DNA of 64,000 nt from Bilabrum cf. latius. Its lineage: Eukaryota. Within the stretch, counting starts at the first letter, position 1, and every line of letters starts with the position of its first letter. The stretch spans positions 434,001-498,000 of the forward strand of contig OZ237764.1 in assembly GCA_965178125.1 (NCBI GenBank). The letters are read 5' to 3'. The notes beneath the pieces were generated by a model. The model was not told the origin of the DNA. It saw nothing but the letters and a program-made list of their open reading frames with translations, and made no database searches. Position numbers and translations under genes: made by a program. Shown in pieces: positions 37,460-50,123 of this stretch.

Positions 37460-39251
37460 TCAGTAAGGCGGCAGGTGCAGGCTCCTCTCGTACTCCACAC
37501 TCCGGTTGCGCATCACCACCAGACCGGCCAGCACGACCAGAAAGGAGGTTGCAACCGCGGGCCAGGACCGGAAGAACCACAGCAGCGACGGCCGGAGCCC
37601 GTTCGTCGGACTCGTCACACCTGCGGCCCGCTCCAACCGGACCGCGTAGTTGTAGGCAAGCACGCCTCCCACAGCCAGCACCGCCCCGATGCACTGCATT
37701 GCAGTGAGGCTCTGCCCCAGGAAGATCGTGGATGATCCGATCACGACCACGTGCTTCATGGCGTTCGAGATGGCGTGCGTGGCGGGCTGCAGGAAGGTCA
37801 GCACCGCGAAGGAACACGTCGTGTACAGGGCGTGAGAGAGACCGGCGAGGCCCATCAGCATCGCGGCGGGGTCACTCGTCACACTGGCGGGATAATCCAG
37901 CACCTGCTGTGTGCCGCCTGGTGTGACGAGTATGAGGCCCACGGTATAGGCGAAGGACCACAGTGACATGACGCCGAAGACCACGTGGGGACCCGGAGCC
38001 GAATCTCCCCCCGCGGTTGCAACCAGCCGGCCCTTCGGGACAGCCGAATCGTCATACTCCTCCTATGTACTTCCGGTTTTGCCGCCCTCGCCCCCGACCC
38101 CCGCTTCCCCTGCGTGGATGTCTCTGTCTCCTGCTCCATCGATCACGGTGGGTGCAGCGGCGGCCGAGGCCGATGCCCCACCCGCCACCTGGGCTCGCCT
38201 GCCCTAGCCAAACCCCTGCTCCTCCCCCGGCTCTCTCAACTCCACCGCTTCGCCCCGCCCTTTCCTCTCATCCGGAGCCCCATCCAAACCACCACTGCCA
38301 ATAATGCTGCTACTGGTCTGGGAGACCTCCTCACCGGGAATCGATCCCGCGCTCCCTCTACTCTCCGCCTGCTGCAGCTGCAGACGCGCTTTCGTCAGGA
38401 CATTGCGGCCTGCCATCCCTACGTTTGCAATGATGGCGCTCGTGTTCCCCGGACTGAGGAAGGCCGAGATCGCCGACAGGCCACCACTGCCGACACTCGC
38501 TGCTGCACCCGCACCAGCCATTGCACCGGCACTTGCAGTGACCATCGCCGTGATTCCGGCTCCGAGTTGAAATACCTGCCCCAGCTGCGACTGCCACGCT
38601 CCCTGTTCCCCAGGCAATTGTTCCCCGGGCACTTGCTCCGAGGAGGCGAGCAAGCTGCGCGCGATCGTGCCACCCTCCGCTATGCTCCTGGGGACGTTGT
38701 CGGACCCTGCCGATGATTTCCAGCACGCCATGATGAGCCCGAGGGTGAGCGGGAGCAGGGCGAGCATGGTTCTCCAGCCGTAGGTCGAGCCGAGGAAAAT
38801 GACCGAGAGGCCGACCGCAAACAACGGCTCCGTCGCCTTGATGATGAAGGTCACCGCAACGGAACCCTGGCTCATGCTGGCAGCCGTTAGGTACGCACCA
38901 AAGAAATTAGCAAGCCCTATCAGTGCCATCAGCGGGCCTCCCGCACGCACAGCCTGCCGGATGCGCTCTATCTTGAATCCCTCTCCTATCCAGGCGGTGA
39001 GAATCCCGCAGCCAAATTGCAGCAGTGACAGCAGCTCTGGCGACATGTTTGGGTTCATATTCATAGCCTGTTTGGCAAGCAAAGAGTACCCCGTGGATAT
39101 AACGTACCTGCGAGGAGGGCGCATCCACAACACATCAATCAGCAGCATGCTACCTCTCACGTTGCTGCATTGACCGCCTAAGCTGAGAATAATAGGCTCA
39201 CCATGTGATAAAAAGAATAATTCTCTAGATAATTAGCAACGAAGGCGCCAT
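37460..39251 (-). CDS. Triose-phosphate/nucleotide-sugar transporter family protein (TPT/SLC35E-like); intron 39108..39201
   Basis: MAPSLLII[TAG]RIILFITW|YVISTGYSLLAK, VAVTFIIKATEPLFAV, THAISNAMKHVVVIGSSTIF, multiple hydrophobic helices. TAGs at 38206 and about 38065. Ends TGA 37462-37460. Confidence 0.85.
39108..39201 (-). other. Spliceosomal intron (94 nt)
   Basis: GTGAGC...CCTCGCAG, phase 2; splicing yields the W-Y motif typical of the first TPT helix. Confidence 0.75.
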
Positions 39252-40107
39252 GCTCGAGGATTGTTCGCAGCACAGTTTGAGTTGAGGGTGAACCGGAACC
39301 GCTCTTGCCAGAACGCCGCGCGATATTGTGGGCAACCCTATCGACTACTAAAGTCCCAATTTATTTCATCATATTTAACTACAATTGTGCTTATACTCTA
39401 CTCGTATTTGAGATCGGTGGCGTCATTCTGACCTTTCGCTGAACGGGCCATTTTGTAAACGGGGATAGCGTGTGAGTTAGCTATCATAGTGCTGATTGGA
39501 TTGACCTGGCGTGGGGATTCGCACCGTGACTCCGTATTGAAGTTCTAGCCCAGCCGGGTGCCAGCTAGCGAGGGTTTACAGTCGAGGAGGAGGAGGCTCC
39601 GCGGCCCGATGATGCTGCGGAGGAGTACCACTGGCCCGCCGGGCATTAATCCAGATATAAGAGAGGCCCCCGGTTGCCTGATCGTTTGATCTTTACTAGG
39701 CCAGCAGAGACGCATGGCCTTTCAAACGCTATGCGGGCTGAGTCGAGCAGAGGCCTGAGGCTGGCGGTCATTCACACCATGATGCCGTGCAGTTGCACTA
39801 CCACTCAATCATGCTGTAATTGTATGACATTGTGCACGATATTGTCTTTCCCACGGCAAATCTGTGAGGAATCGCAGGCTTTAAATCTCGCGTCGGCACC
39901 ACCGCAACTGGTTCCGCCATTTCGTCTCTGCGCGGCGCCAACGCGAACAGTTCAGAACCCATTGATATACTCGATTTAATCGAGGGCCTTAGATCTAGCC
40001 TTATAAGAATCTTTTATATACACTATCGTACCCATAGGTCGGTTCGACTGGCTCGGATCGCACCAGATTGGTGACGACTTCCGACGATCAGGACTGACTG
40101 AGCGTGG

Positions 40108-43100
40108 ATGGATTCTTCCCTGGGTGCCCAGCAGGAAGTGGCGCAGGGATCTGCAGGGGATGATGCCGCGGAAGAATGGAACAGCCAGCCGCAGCATGCT
40201 GGGGGAGCCGCATACAATGGAGCCGATGGCATGCGATCGGCGTCCTCGGCCGCTGCTGCAGAGGCTGCACTGTAGCAACAAAACCAGCAACGCGCCGCGC
40301 TGGAGTCTCTCATCAGTGATCGTGGCGTGATCGATGTGTTTACACCGGACTAGCGCCCGAGCAGCAAGACTGGTGTTGCTCAGCTTATGTTCGCGCAGGC
40401 GCAGGCGCTTGCGAGTGACGGCGACAGCGGCTCTGTGGATACTTACGGCCAAGCAGTCGGCCTGCGAGAGTTCGAACGAGAAGTCGCTTCGACCCTTGGC
40501 ATGGAATCGGCTGTTTTCATGGTCAGCGGCGTCATGTCTTAGCTGGCGGCCGTCCGCGTGCACTCGGACGCGGCGGGTAAGTGCTCCCGCGTGGCACTCC
40601 ACCCCACCTCCCATTTGCTCCTGCACGAGCACAGGGCACTCGAGCACGTGTGGGGATTCACTCACGTCAGGATCGGCGAGTATCACAGGGTGGTGACCCT
40701 CTCTGACGTGGAGGACGTGGTGGGCCGAGGGAAGCCCAAGCTCGCGTGCCTCGTGCTCGAGCTCCCTCAGAGAGAGAACGGCGGAGCCACGCCTTCCTGG
40801 ACCGACCTAGTGGCCATCAGCGCGCTCTGTAAAAAGCACGGCATTGCGGTGCACATGGATGGGGCCCGCCTATGGGAGTGCCAGCCGGCCATCGGCAAGT
40901 CGCTCGAGACCATCTGCGGCCTCTTCGACAGCGTGTACGTGTCATTCTACAAGGGCCTGAACGGGCTGTGCGGTGCCATGCTCCTCGGAAAACGAACGTT
41001 CGTCGAGCAGGCTAGAATCTGGCAGCGAAGGCTCGGGGGGAACCTGTACACGGTGGCACCTCTTGAGGTCTCGTGCAAGTTCCAGTTCAGGTCCTTGCTA
41101 CCCACATTCCCCTCCCGCGTCGCCCGGATGCGGCAGGTGGTCACTGCAGTGTCCCAGCGGCTGGCAGCGCGCGGCGCCCACATGTGGTTCGACCCCCCGG
41201 TTCCGCAGAGCTCCATGGTGCACGTGTATCTGCCCGGTCCACGCTCCGTGCTGGAGCGGGTCTTTGCGGAGCTCGAGCTTCAGATGGGCATCGTGCTGTG
41301 CAGGCGGCTGCGGGACGTTCCGCAGTATAAGCTGCAGCCCACGGAGGACTTCGTGGATGCGGCGCCACCTGACGCGCTGCCGAGGGAGGTGCAGCCGGAT
41401 TCAATCACAGTGATGACCGGGGGCACTGGGGCAGCAGGTGGTCCCATGGACAAGTACAGGCGCGGTGCGGATGGGTCCGTGATGTACGACGCCACGACGA
41501 GGTCGTCCTCCAGCGGAATGGCGAGGGCAAGGGCCCGCAAGAAGAAGATGGAGCGAGAGCGGAACCGCCGGCGCCGCGCACGCAAGGCCCAGGGCCGCGA
41601 TGTCGGCGTGTACTCGAAGCTGCAGCCAGCGCCGCCCCAGGACCACGGTAGCGGCAGGCCGAGGCACATGCTTGGGAACGAGGAGGATCAATAGCAGCAG
41701 CAGCAACAGCAGCAGAAGTAGCAACAACAGCAGCAACAACAACAGCAGCAGCAGGAGCTGTAGGACCGCAGTGGGCGCCCAAGCCAGTCCGGTGGAATGG
41801 TCTCTGCTCCCATGGATTCCCACCAGCAACAGCAGCAGCAGTCCCACCCACCGGCCCTGCCGATGTGGAAGGTGGGTCAGCGGGCGGAGGCAGAGCTGGG
41901 GGGGTCTGCCTGGCCGGCGGGGCAGCAGCCTATGTCCAGCTCGTCCTCTTTCACCCCAGTGGCATAGACCGCCCAGGGGCCGTAGCAAGCAAGCTCGTCC
42001 GCTGCCGCAACCCCTGCTGCCGCCGTGCAGACGCAAGCCGCAGAGGCAGGCGGTCCCACCCACCCGCAATCAAGAGCAATGGTTCCGCAGGGGGGAGGTG
42101 GGATCGGCGCCGCGCCAAACCACACCCTTGCGGTGTCACGTGCTCGCCAGGCTGCGTCAGAACCGGCCGAGGGTGCAGCTGCCGATGGCCACGTGTCCCA
42201 TCTGCTGGGCACGACTTCCGATACCAACGCGGGCGAAGCGGGGCGGGGGCAAGGAGGCACCGCAAAGGGGAAGAGGGATGCTGCCGCAACGGGGTCTCAT
42301 GGATAGACGCCTGCAGATGGCTCGAATCCGCGCGCGATGCCCACCGCAATGGCTCGCGGCGTGTCTTCAAAAACGGACCAGCAGAGGCGCTGGGCGGGAA
42401 GCCAGCCGGCCGGCGGGCGCCGCGACGAGACCCTGGGTTCCGCAGCCATGCTCGGCGGGCCAGGGCTGAACACGATCGCCGAGCAATAGGCGAAGGGAGG
42501 CAGTGGTGGTATCGAGCAGGGCGCAGCTCAGAAACCACCTGCTGCTGGGAAGGCGTCCGCGGCACGTGGCAAATCCATGGGGAAGGGTGGCGAAATAGAG
42601 GAGAAGGGTGGGGATTAGGATGAGGATGATGACGACGATGATGATGACGGCGACTTGGAGCACGAGGACGAGGACTGCGAGACTGGGGATCGGGGCGATG
42701 GTCGGGGCCGAGGAGGAGCAGGAGGTGATGGCAGCAGCGATGGCAGCAGCAGTGGCAGCGGTAGCAGCAGCGGAAGTAGCGACATCGTCGGGGCAGACGG
42801 GAACGGTGCTGTGGAAGCTGGCCAGTACATGCGCGGCGGCATGCCTGCTGCGCAGGTGAGGCCTCACAGGCAGCCCATGGCCTGGGAGCAGTACATCGAA
42901 TGGAGCATCGGCCCTTAGAACGTGCAGTACGACGAGGAGGTGTTTGTCGCCTGCTGGGCGCTCTTCTGGCACACGTGGGACGCTCTCACCGGAAACGCCG
43001 TCTCGCGTGGGTTTCCCGACGAGGTGACGCAGGCGTCCTCCGTGATCACGCGGCTGAGGTACAACCGGGCCAGGAGGATCCAGCACTCGTCACAGGGACG

Positions 43101-43995
43101 GGAGACCTCCGGGGCGGCTGCCGATGGGGGGCAGATGCAGGGGCCGCAGCCCGTGCCTGCGCAGTACTTGCAGCAACGGGAGCAGCAGCAGCAGCAGCAG
43201 TAGCAATAGCAGCAGTATGAGAAGCAGGTTGCAATGGCAGGAGGACCTGTGCCCGGCAGTGCAGTGCAGCCGCTAGAGAGCCAGGCGCCCGTGGGCGTGG
43301 GTCCTGTTTTGTCGCTACCGCAGCAACTGACTGGGCCTGGACCAGGGGCGGTCCGTATGGACCCCATGATGCGGGCTACGATGGCCTCCGCGGGCGATGG
43401 CAGTGCCTCCACGGCTGGGATATCCGCGGTGCAGCCACCGCAAGGTCCTATGCAACAAGGACGCATGGGTGCGCAGGGGGTCGGTGCAATGCCGTGGTCG
43501 CAGGTCAGGCAGCTGCCCGGTGCTGGGCTGCCACCGGGCGGCATCGACGATGCGAGCTTGCAGGACCATGGTCAGGGAGTACCAAGCGATTTGCAAGCCA
43601 ACGAGCCAGACGGGTAGAGCGCGTCAGGGCCCCCTCGCAAGCGCGCAAGGACAGGCAGGGGTGAAAGCAGAGGCGAAGGCCAGGACGTGCAACCGACACC
43701 ACAGCAAGCGCAGCATACCGCGATGGAGGCAGGCCGGATCGCCGCAGGGAGCGCCTCAGGACGGGCTACTGGCGATCGCGACGCTGCGGGCAAGGAAGCA
43801 ACAGCTGGTGATGCGGACGGCAAGCGCCAGCTTCCTGCTAAGCGCCCGCGGGCCTCCAGGGCGAAGGGTAAAGGCAGCAATGCGACGAAGTCAAAGACGG
43901 CTGAGGCTGAGGACGGGCCGAAAGGCAGTGCTGGGAATGGAAGCAGGAAGTCGGGCAGGAGGCCTGCCACCAGGCGGAAGAGCTCTCGCACATGA
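40108..43995 (+). CDS. PLP-dependent low-specificity threonine aldolase-like protein with large low-complexity insertion and tail (about 1295 aa)
   Basis: DTYG..FEREVASTLGMESAVFMVSGVMS[TAG]LAAVR, HPTSHLLLHE, ELPQRENGG, HMDGARLWE, FDSVYVSFYKGLNG (PLP Lys). One frame, TAG-only interruptions. Ends TGA 43993-43995. Confidence 0.88.
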
Positions 43996-44302
43996 TGTAG
44001 ACGGTTGATAAGTTATAAATCATAGATCAAAGGGTGTCGCCATTCTTTTTATCCTTGGGTCCTGAAGTCCCTCCTCCGTTTTCTGTGTGAGTCTTGTAAA
44101 ACCATTCCGATCTGAACTGTTCTTTATCGAAATCCAACGCAAATGAAATAAACAAACTGAGTTCCCACCTGCTTCCCACAAAACCTCACAGCCACTCAAC
44201 CGGCCTCCCCACAGCCTCAGCATTCCAATTTCTTTTCTTGACCACCAGAAACATCGTCCATCCGCGCGTCGACCCGCCGGCACACGCGAGCGCCCGCCTT
44301 GC

Positions 44303-47300
44303 TCACGACAGGTCCGTAACCACCCTCTGCCCGTTGCCTCGGATGAACACGCAGGGGGGGAGCGAGTGGCTCAGGGTCTCCATCCACGCGCTCAGGAGGC
44401 CGTCGGGCAGCCCCGGGATGAACGGCAGCACGATGAAGATCACCGTAGCCGCCTGTGAGTTCTAACGGATCAGCTCGCCGGTCCTGACGACGCGCTGCGT
44501 GAACTGCCTGGCCTGGGGGTTCATGCCGCCGGCAGACAGCCCGCGGTTGGGGCCATCGAACGGGGAGCGGGTAGGCATGCTCGAGGCGAGGTCCCGCCTG
44601 CCCCCGTCCCCGCCGCGGGCCGCCTGCGAGGCCTGCACCAGGGGGCTGTCCGACCCCCTGGGGGGGGCACCCGCCGAGGGCGCCCCCGCCTTGGGGACGG
44701 GCGCGGTGCCCGGCTTGCCCTGTGCGTCGCTGATGACTCCCGGGTACATGGCGTTGAATGCGTCGATGGACTCCTGGTACGTCTCGCTGAGCCTCAGCTT
44801 GAGCGAGTTGGGCTTGGCGTCGAAGCGGAGGTCGTTGAGGTACTGCTGCAGCTTGAGCTGTCGGTTGTTGGCTGCGACGGTCAGGTCGTTCCCGCGGTCC
44901 GAGGCATCGAGCTCACCCACGGTGAAGATGTTCAGCTTGTGCTCCGACCGGAACTGGGGGTTGGCCCTCAGTAGGAAGGGCACGAGGAGCGCCAGCCCGC
45001 CCTCATCGAACAGCCAGTAGACGTGCACCTCCTTCTTGCCTGCCACCTCCATGCCTTGCGGCTGCACCTGGCCGATCATGCGGGGCTTGAGCCAGTTGTC
45101 GAAGAAACGCTCCGTCTCGTCGCGGACGACCATCACTCCCATGTTGGCGGCCACGGAGTCCCGGATGACTCCCTCGAACTCGGCCACCTTGCCGGCGGGC
45201 TTGCTCCACCACTGCCGCTGGTAGCCCAGCACCGACACGTTGGGTCGCAGGCCCGACATGCCGGCCAGCTGCAGCATGTTGCGGGCACCATCACGGAAGC
45301 TCTTGGCGGCCACCACCTCGGCGTGCAGCACGTTCCGCTGGCGCGGCGCCAAGACCAGCTTGCGCTCCAGGTACTCGTGGTTGTTCTGCCGGACAGTGAC
45401 GGCCCGTGCCAGTAGCTGCTCGTCCACGCCGCTGCGGCCGGAATTCGCGGGGGGCAGGACCACCTGGCCCACCACGGTGGCCCCGCGGCCGCGGTACAGC
45501 TTGGTGACGAGTGCCAGGGCCATCTTGCTGGGGGTGTGCCCTCCCGCTGGGCGGCGGGCGGCGGCGGCCCCCGCCACCGCCACGGAGGAAGCGGGCTCCG
45601 TGCGGTCGTCCTTGGCCAGCTCATCGGCGAACACGAGGTATGCGGGCCTGAATGTCTTGATGTGGCCCTTCTGCGCTTTGAGGACGGCCATGGCGTTGAT
45701 GGCAGACACGTAGGCTCTGCTCTCTCCCGCGGTGCCCCACTCCTTGGTGACCGAGGACGTCTCGATGTAGCTGTACAGCAGCACGCAGAGCACGATGGAC
45801 ACGCCCCCCATGATGGGGTCGAACCCGAACATGATGCCGATGCAAAGGCCGGCGCCCACCAGAGACACGTACTTGTTCCAGTAGTTGAAGGAAGGCCTCC
45901 AACCGGGCGAATCGCTCCACGACGCAGCAAAGCAGGCGTAGTTGGTCAGCGCGTACGAGATCATGAAGAAGTTGGAGATGATGGGCGCGATGGCGTTCAG
46001 CTCCCCGATCATCACGCACCCGAGCGCGATCACAAAGGTCAAAAAGTAGCCGCGCACGGGCTCGGGAGATTCCGTCTCCTCCTCGTCCTCCCCGTCGTTG
46101 GCGGATGCGCCGGCTTTCTTCGACACAGACGCATCAGCTCCCGCCTTGGAACGGTCCGAAGGGCCCGACGCCACTTCTGCGCCGGAGGAGGCATTGTTGT
46201 TCCCCGACCCGAAGTAGTCGTCCATGGGCAGCTGTGCAAAGTAGTAGAACCACCAAAAGTCGAAGATGCGGTCCTTAGCGAGGGCCTGCAGGATCCTAGG
46301 GGCGCCCACGAGGGAAGCCAGAGCGGAGGATAGGGTGGCTGCAAACACGCCCGTGTAGACCAGCGGGCTCCACACCGACACGTTCGCCATGATGAGCGAG
46401 TTGTACACGAGGCCGCCGAGCTCCAGCCCGTCCTCCTCTTTCTCCCGCTGCACGGTCCTCGTCCAGTCCTTGCTCCCGACGATGCCCTCGTTGCTGGTGC
46501 TTGACCCAGGGACGCAAAACACGCCAGTCTCGTCTGCGCAGATCTGGCAGGAAGCGCCGATCATCCAGAGGAGGCCAAGGTACGAAATGAAGGTGATGAC
46601 GATGCCCCATAGGGTGCCCTTGGGGATGGCTTCCGAGGGTTTGGCGAGGTCACCCGACATGTTGGCGCCGGCCATGATTCCCGTGACGGCGGGGAAGAAG
46701 ATGGCGAACACCGCGAAGAAGTTGGTCTCCGTGAGGGTGTCCACGTCAGTGTAGTACTTGGCCTTGAGGGCGTCACTCAAGTCGCGGTCCGCGTACCCCA
46801 CGAACCCGGCCGCCCGGTTGGTGGACTCCCCGCCCACCTTGGGCAAGAATGTGCCGATGATGACCGAGGCGATGGAGATGATGAGGATGACGAGCAGCAC
46901 GATCTGGCACTTGGCATACCAGCCCACTCCGATGAGTGCGACGCCCAGGAGCATGACGCAGGTGGCGATGCCCACGATCCGCATGTCCCACATCTCGTCC
47001 CCCATGAAGGGGGCGTCCAGGGCGGACTGGTAGAGAAGGTTCAGCAGCGACTCGGCGAACCCGATCACGTACATGGAGGTTGCAACCGCCTGCGCGATGA
47101 AGAAGAGCAGCCCGATGGCCCCTCCGAAGGCGGGGCCCAGGGCCCTCGAGATCAGGTAGTAGGCGCCGCCACCCTTCACGGCTCCGTTGGTTGCGATGGC
47201 GCACAGTGACAGGGACGTGATGGTGGTCACCACGTTGGACAGGATGATGATGGCGGAACCCTGCAGGATGCCGGCCTGGCCCACCACCCAGCCCAGGCGC

Positions 47301-47747
47301 AGGAACATGATCACGCCCCACTGCGCGAACCAAAATGGTGAGATTATAAAACAGAGTAAGAACGGGCGTCATCCGATGCTAATGAAAAGGGCTGACGTAT
47401 CGCAAAGGGTACATCAGGTGGTCCTGTCGATCACGCCCTTTCGCAGCACAACGCTTGATGGCGGATTTGCTCGAGCTTGTGGCCAGCTCAGCATGCAGGC
47501 ACGATCAGCATAGATGTGCCACAAACGCAAAATCCGACCAGTCTACGCATTATAGACCGCCAGACGCGACGTGCATCTCAACGCAATGAACTGGTCGTCG
47601 TGGCTATCACACGACATAGCGGGTACCTCCCCGCGAGAGACTCACAATATTCAGCAGAACAGGTACCATAACTCCCGAGAACCAGTCCAGTTTGGTCGAC
47701 GAAACCTCCTTCTTGGCTTTCAGGGGCGATGCGGCTGAGATTCCTGC
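44303..47747 (-). CDS. SLC12 cation-chloride cotransporter; intron 47321..47645; 5' exon(s) unresolved
   Basis: KLDWFSGVMVPVLLNI|WGVIMFLRLGW, ATNGAVKGGGAYYLISRALG, FFPAVTGIMAGANMSGDL, WLFDEGGLALLVP. After TAG 44464-44462 comes the canonical tail WMETLSHSLPPCVFIRGNGQRVVT, then TGA 44305-44303. Confidence 0.93.
47321..47645 (-). other. Spliceosomal intron (325 nt)
   Basis: GTGAGT...TTCGCGCAG; joins LLNI to WGVIMFLR. Confidence 0.85.
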
Positions 47748-48480
47748 CTACGGTACCAGAGCAAAACATTGCACCAGAGAGCCACATTAGCTAATGAAGC
47801 ATGCTCATTGTGTATGTATTAATAGCAAGTACGCAGTTGTCAAGAAGCGCGCGTTGTACATGGAGTAAACGGCGGTCTTAGGCGCATGCACGTGCAGTGG
47901 CGGCGACTCAAGGTTGAGCAAGTTGCAGCGGCAATCAATAGCTTTCAGAGGCTTTACTCAGCACAAAAGTGCTATCACTGAGATAAATCTCATACTGATG
48001 CATGTATACACGCTATCGAATCATTGCACACGTACGGGCCGAACTCCCGAAGCGAAAGTATGCACAACACTTGGTGCCGACAAGTTACTGCAGCACGCAC
48101 AGCTGGCTGATGTTCTCACCCCGCCATCCTTCCAGTCAACTCCAACGTCTGAGCTAGCCGCAGCTTTTCCTTCATTGTCGAGCTGCGGTCATAAATAGCA
48201 ATTTAGCACAGTCGTACGCTCCCATCCCAGCGCAGGGCTTTGGTCGTCTCGCCATCCGAATTCCAAGGGCAGCTTGATCTTGCACATCCTCTCACCGAAC
48301 GGCTTGAATTGAATATGTTATCTACACGAGTTTTGCGATCGCTAGTGGCGCGCGCAGCGGAGTCCATGCCGCACTTTGGGCAAGTGCAACACTGGTATCG
48401 ACGCGCTGCTCTCGCGGCAAAAAAAACGGGTCTCGGTCGCAGATACCAGTTGCACGCTACAATGCCAATGGCGCATCAGC

Positions 48481-49653
48481 CAATCCTATGCAATTTGGGG
48501 ACACCAAATGTGTCCCCAAATCCCCAAACAAGCCTTTCCGAAAACAATTATTTGGGGTTTATTTGGGGACGTCCTGATTTGGCAGGAAACTATTATTTGG
48601 GGGTTATTTGGGGACGATCCAGGGACGTCTCACTGGCCCTTCCGATCGGCAGGCCGAGGGGTAGCAGCGTGGTGGAGCTCCTTGCGATCCAATGCAGGAC
48701 ACTCGTGTGTGTGCCAGAACATCCGGGTACTGCTTCCTAAGCGCCTCATGGTACCGGCCATTGCCTACAGACAGCGTGGGTACACTTCCTAAAGACGACG
48801 AGTCCAGGGGGGACCCCCCAGCGCCCACCTTGGGGCGCCCTGGCACCGGCAGCCTATACTTGTGCCAACGCTCGCGTTCTTGCACGGGCAATGGTAGGCT
48901 CCCTAGGCCCTTGCTTGCCTTTCGAAGATGGCATGATACAATGGTAGATTAAAAATAGATCAGAGGGCCCCACCACTCTGTCTTGTCGCTGACGGCTGTA
49001 CCGCTGCGTCCGACATCTGTGACTGCCGAATCTTCCGATGACGGCCTCTGGACTGGGAGAATGTATCCTCTCCTATTCTCCCAATCCAAGCCCTAGGCCT
49101 GAACCTCTCCGGGTCGCACCACCCCTTCCCACATTCCTGCCCTGTCTTTGCCCACCTGCCACCTTGCCCACCTCTCCCTCCATTTCCCACCCCCCTTTCT
49201 GACTCACCCCCATCATGCCACACGACTTGTCGACTTGCCCAAGCACTGCGCCCAGCGCGCAACCTCAGCCTCAAAGGCGCGAACCCCTGACGCACAGACT
49301 CAGTGCGCGACAGCTGACCTACCAACCTCGCCGGGTACCCAAGAAAAGAGCAGCTGGCCCAGGCTTTCCGATGTAGGATCGTCAGTGATTTCACGCATCT
49401 GAATCGCCTTCGCCCTAGGAAAAGGAAAGCAAGTATACGTGGCATAAGTTGCATAGTCTAGGACGACGCAAGCATACCCGGGTCCCGGAATCCAGCTCCG
49501 GAATCCGGATTCCGGATCCAGTATATAAGTACACATTACTACCAAATAAATACAGATTTAATACGTATATGAATGTAACGTGTATATATGTCACTGTCCC
49601 CAAAAGCTTATTTGGGGATTATTTGGGGACGGTCCCCAAATTGCATAGGCTTG
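48481..49653. mobile_element. Non-autonomous DNA transposon (1173 bp) with 22-bp TIRs and 8-bp TSD
   Basis: Left TIR CAATCCTATGCAATTTGGGGAC (48481-48502). The right TIR reverse-complements to CAAGCCTATGCAATTTGGGGAC (49632-49653). TSD GCATCAGC at 48473-48480 and 49654-49661. Subterminal TTATTTGGGG repeats. No transposase recognised. Confidence 0.9.
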
Positions 49654-50123
49654 GCATCAGCCAAGCAGGGAGCAGGCGGCGTGTTGGCGCCTGCGAACCT
49701 CGGGGATAACGCTGGGGATTACTTGTTATCTAATAGGTTTGCTTATCTCTTGGCATACGAAAAAGAAGGCCACCTCAAGTCCAAGAAGCTCCATGAGGCG
49801 TCAGGCTGCAGCACTGGCGCCGAGCGGCACCGGGGCCTATGCCGCTCGGCGCCACTGCTGCAATGCGTTCTACTAGACTTGCATGGTAAGCATAAACGTA
49901 TCCTTGCAGATGGCAATTCAAGGCTCCTCCAGTCGCCGGCAGCGCGCTCGCCTGGCGTCCCGCCGGGCCGCCGGGCCGCCGGTCCGGCCCGTCCGGGATA
50001 TAAATGTAAGGTGCACTTCAATAAAAATCACTCGGACCATGCACGAGGTGTTTGAGCTGCAGCTCTACCTGTGGTTCCACGCAATTCGGATAATCTCTTT
50101 CAAATTTTGTATAATATATCATA

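Noticed and set aside
39255-40100. Possible ncRNA, suppressor tRNA(CUA) or small gene in this spacer
   Set aside because: I saw no cloverleaf or A/B boxes, and TAG-tolerant frames gave no recognisable protein. I found no tRNA anywhere in the window by eye.
48495-49640. TTTGGGG boxes as telomeric repeats
   Set aside because: They are few, interrupted and internal, and are better explained as subterminal repeats of the TIR element.
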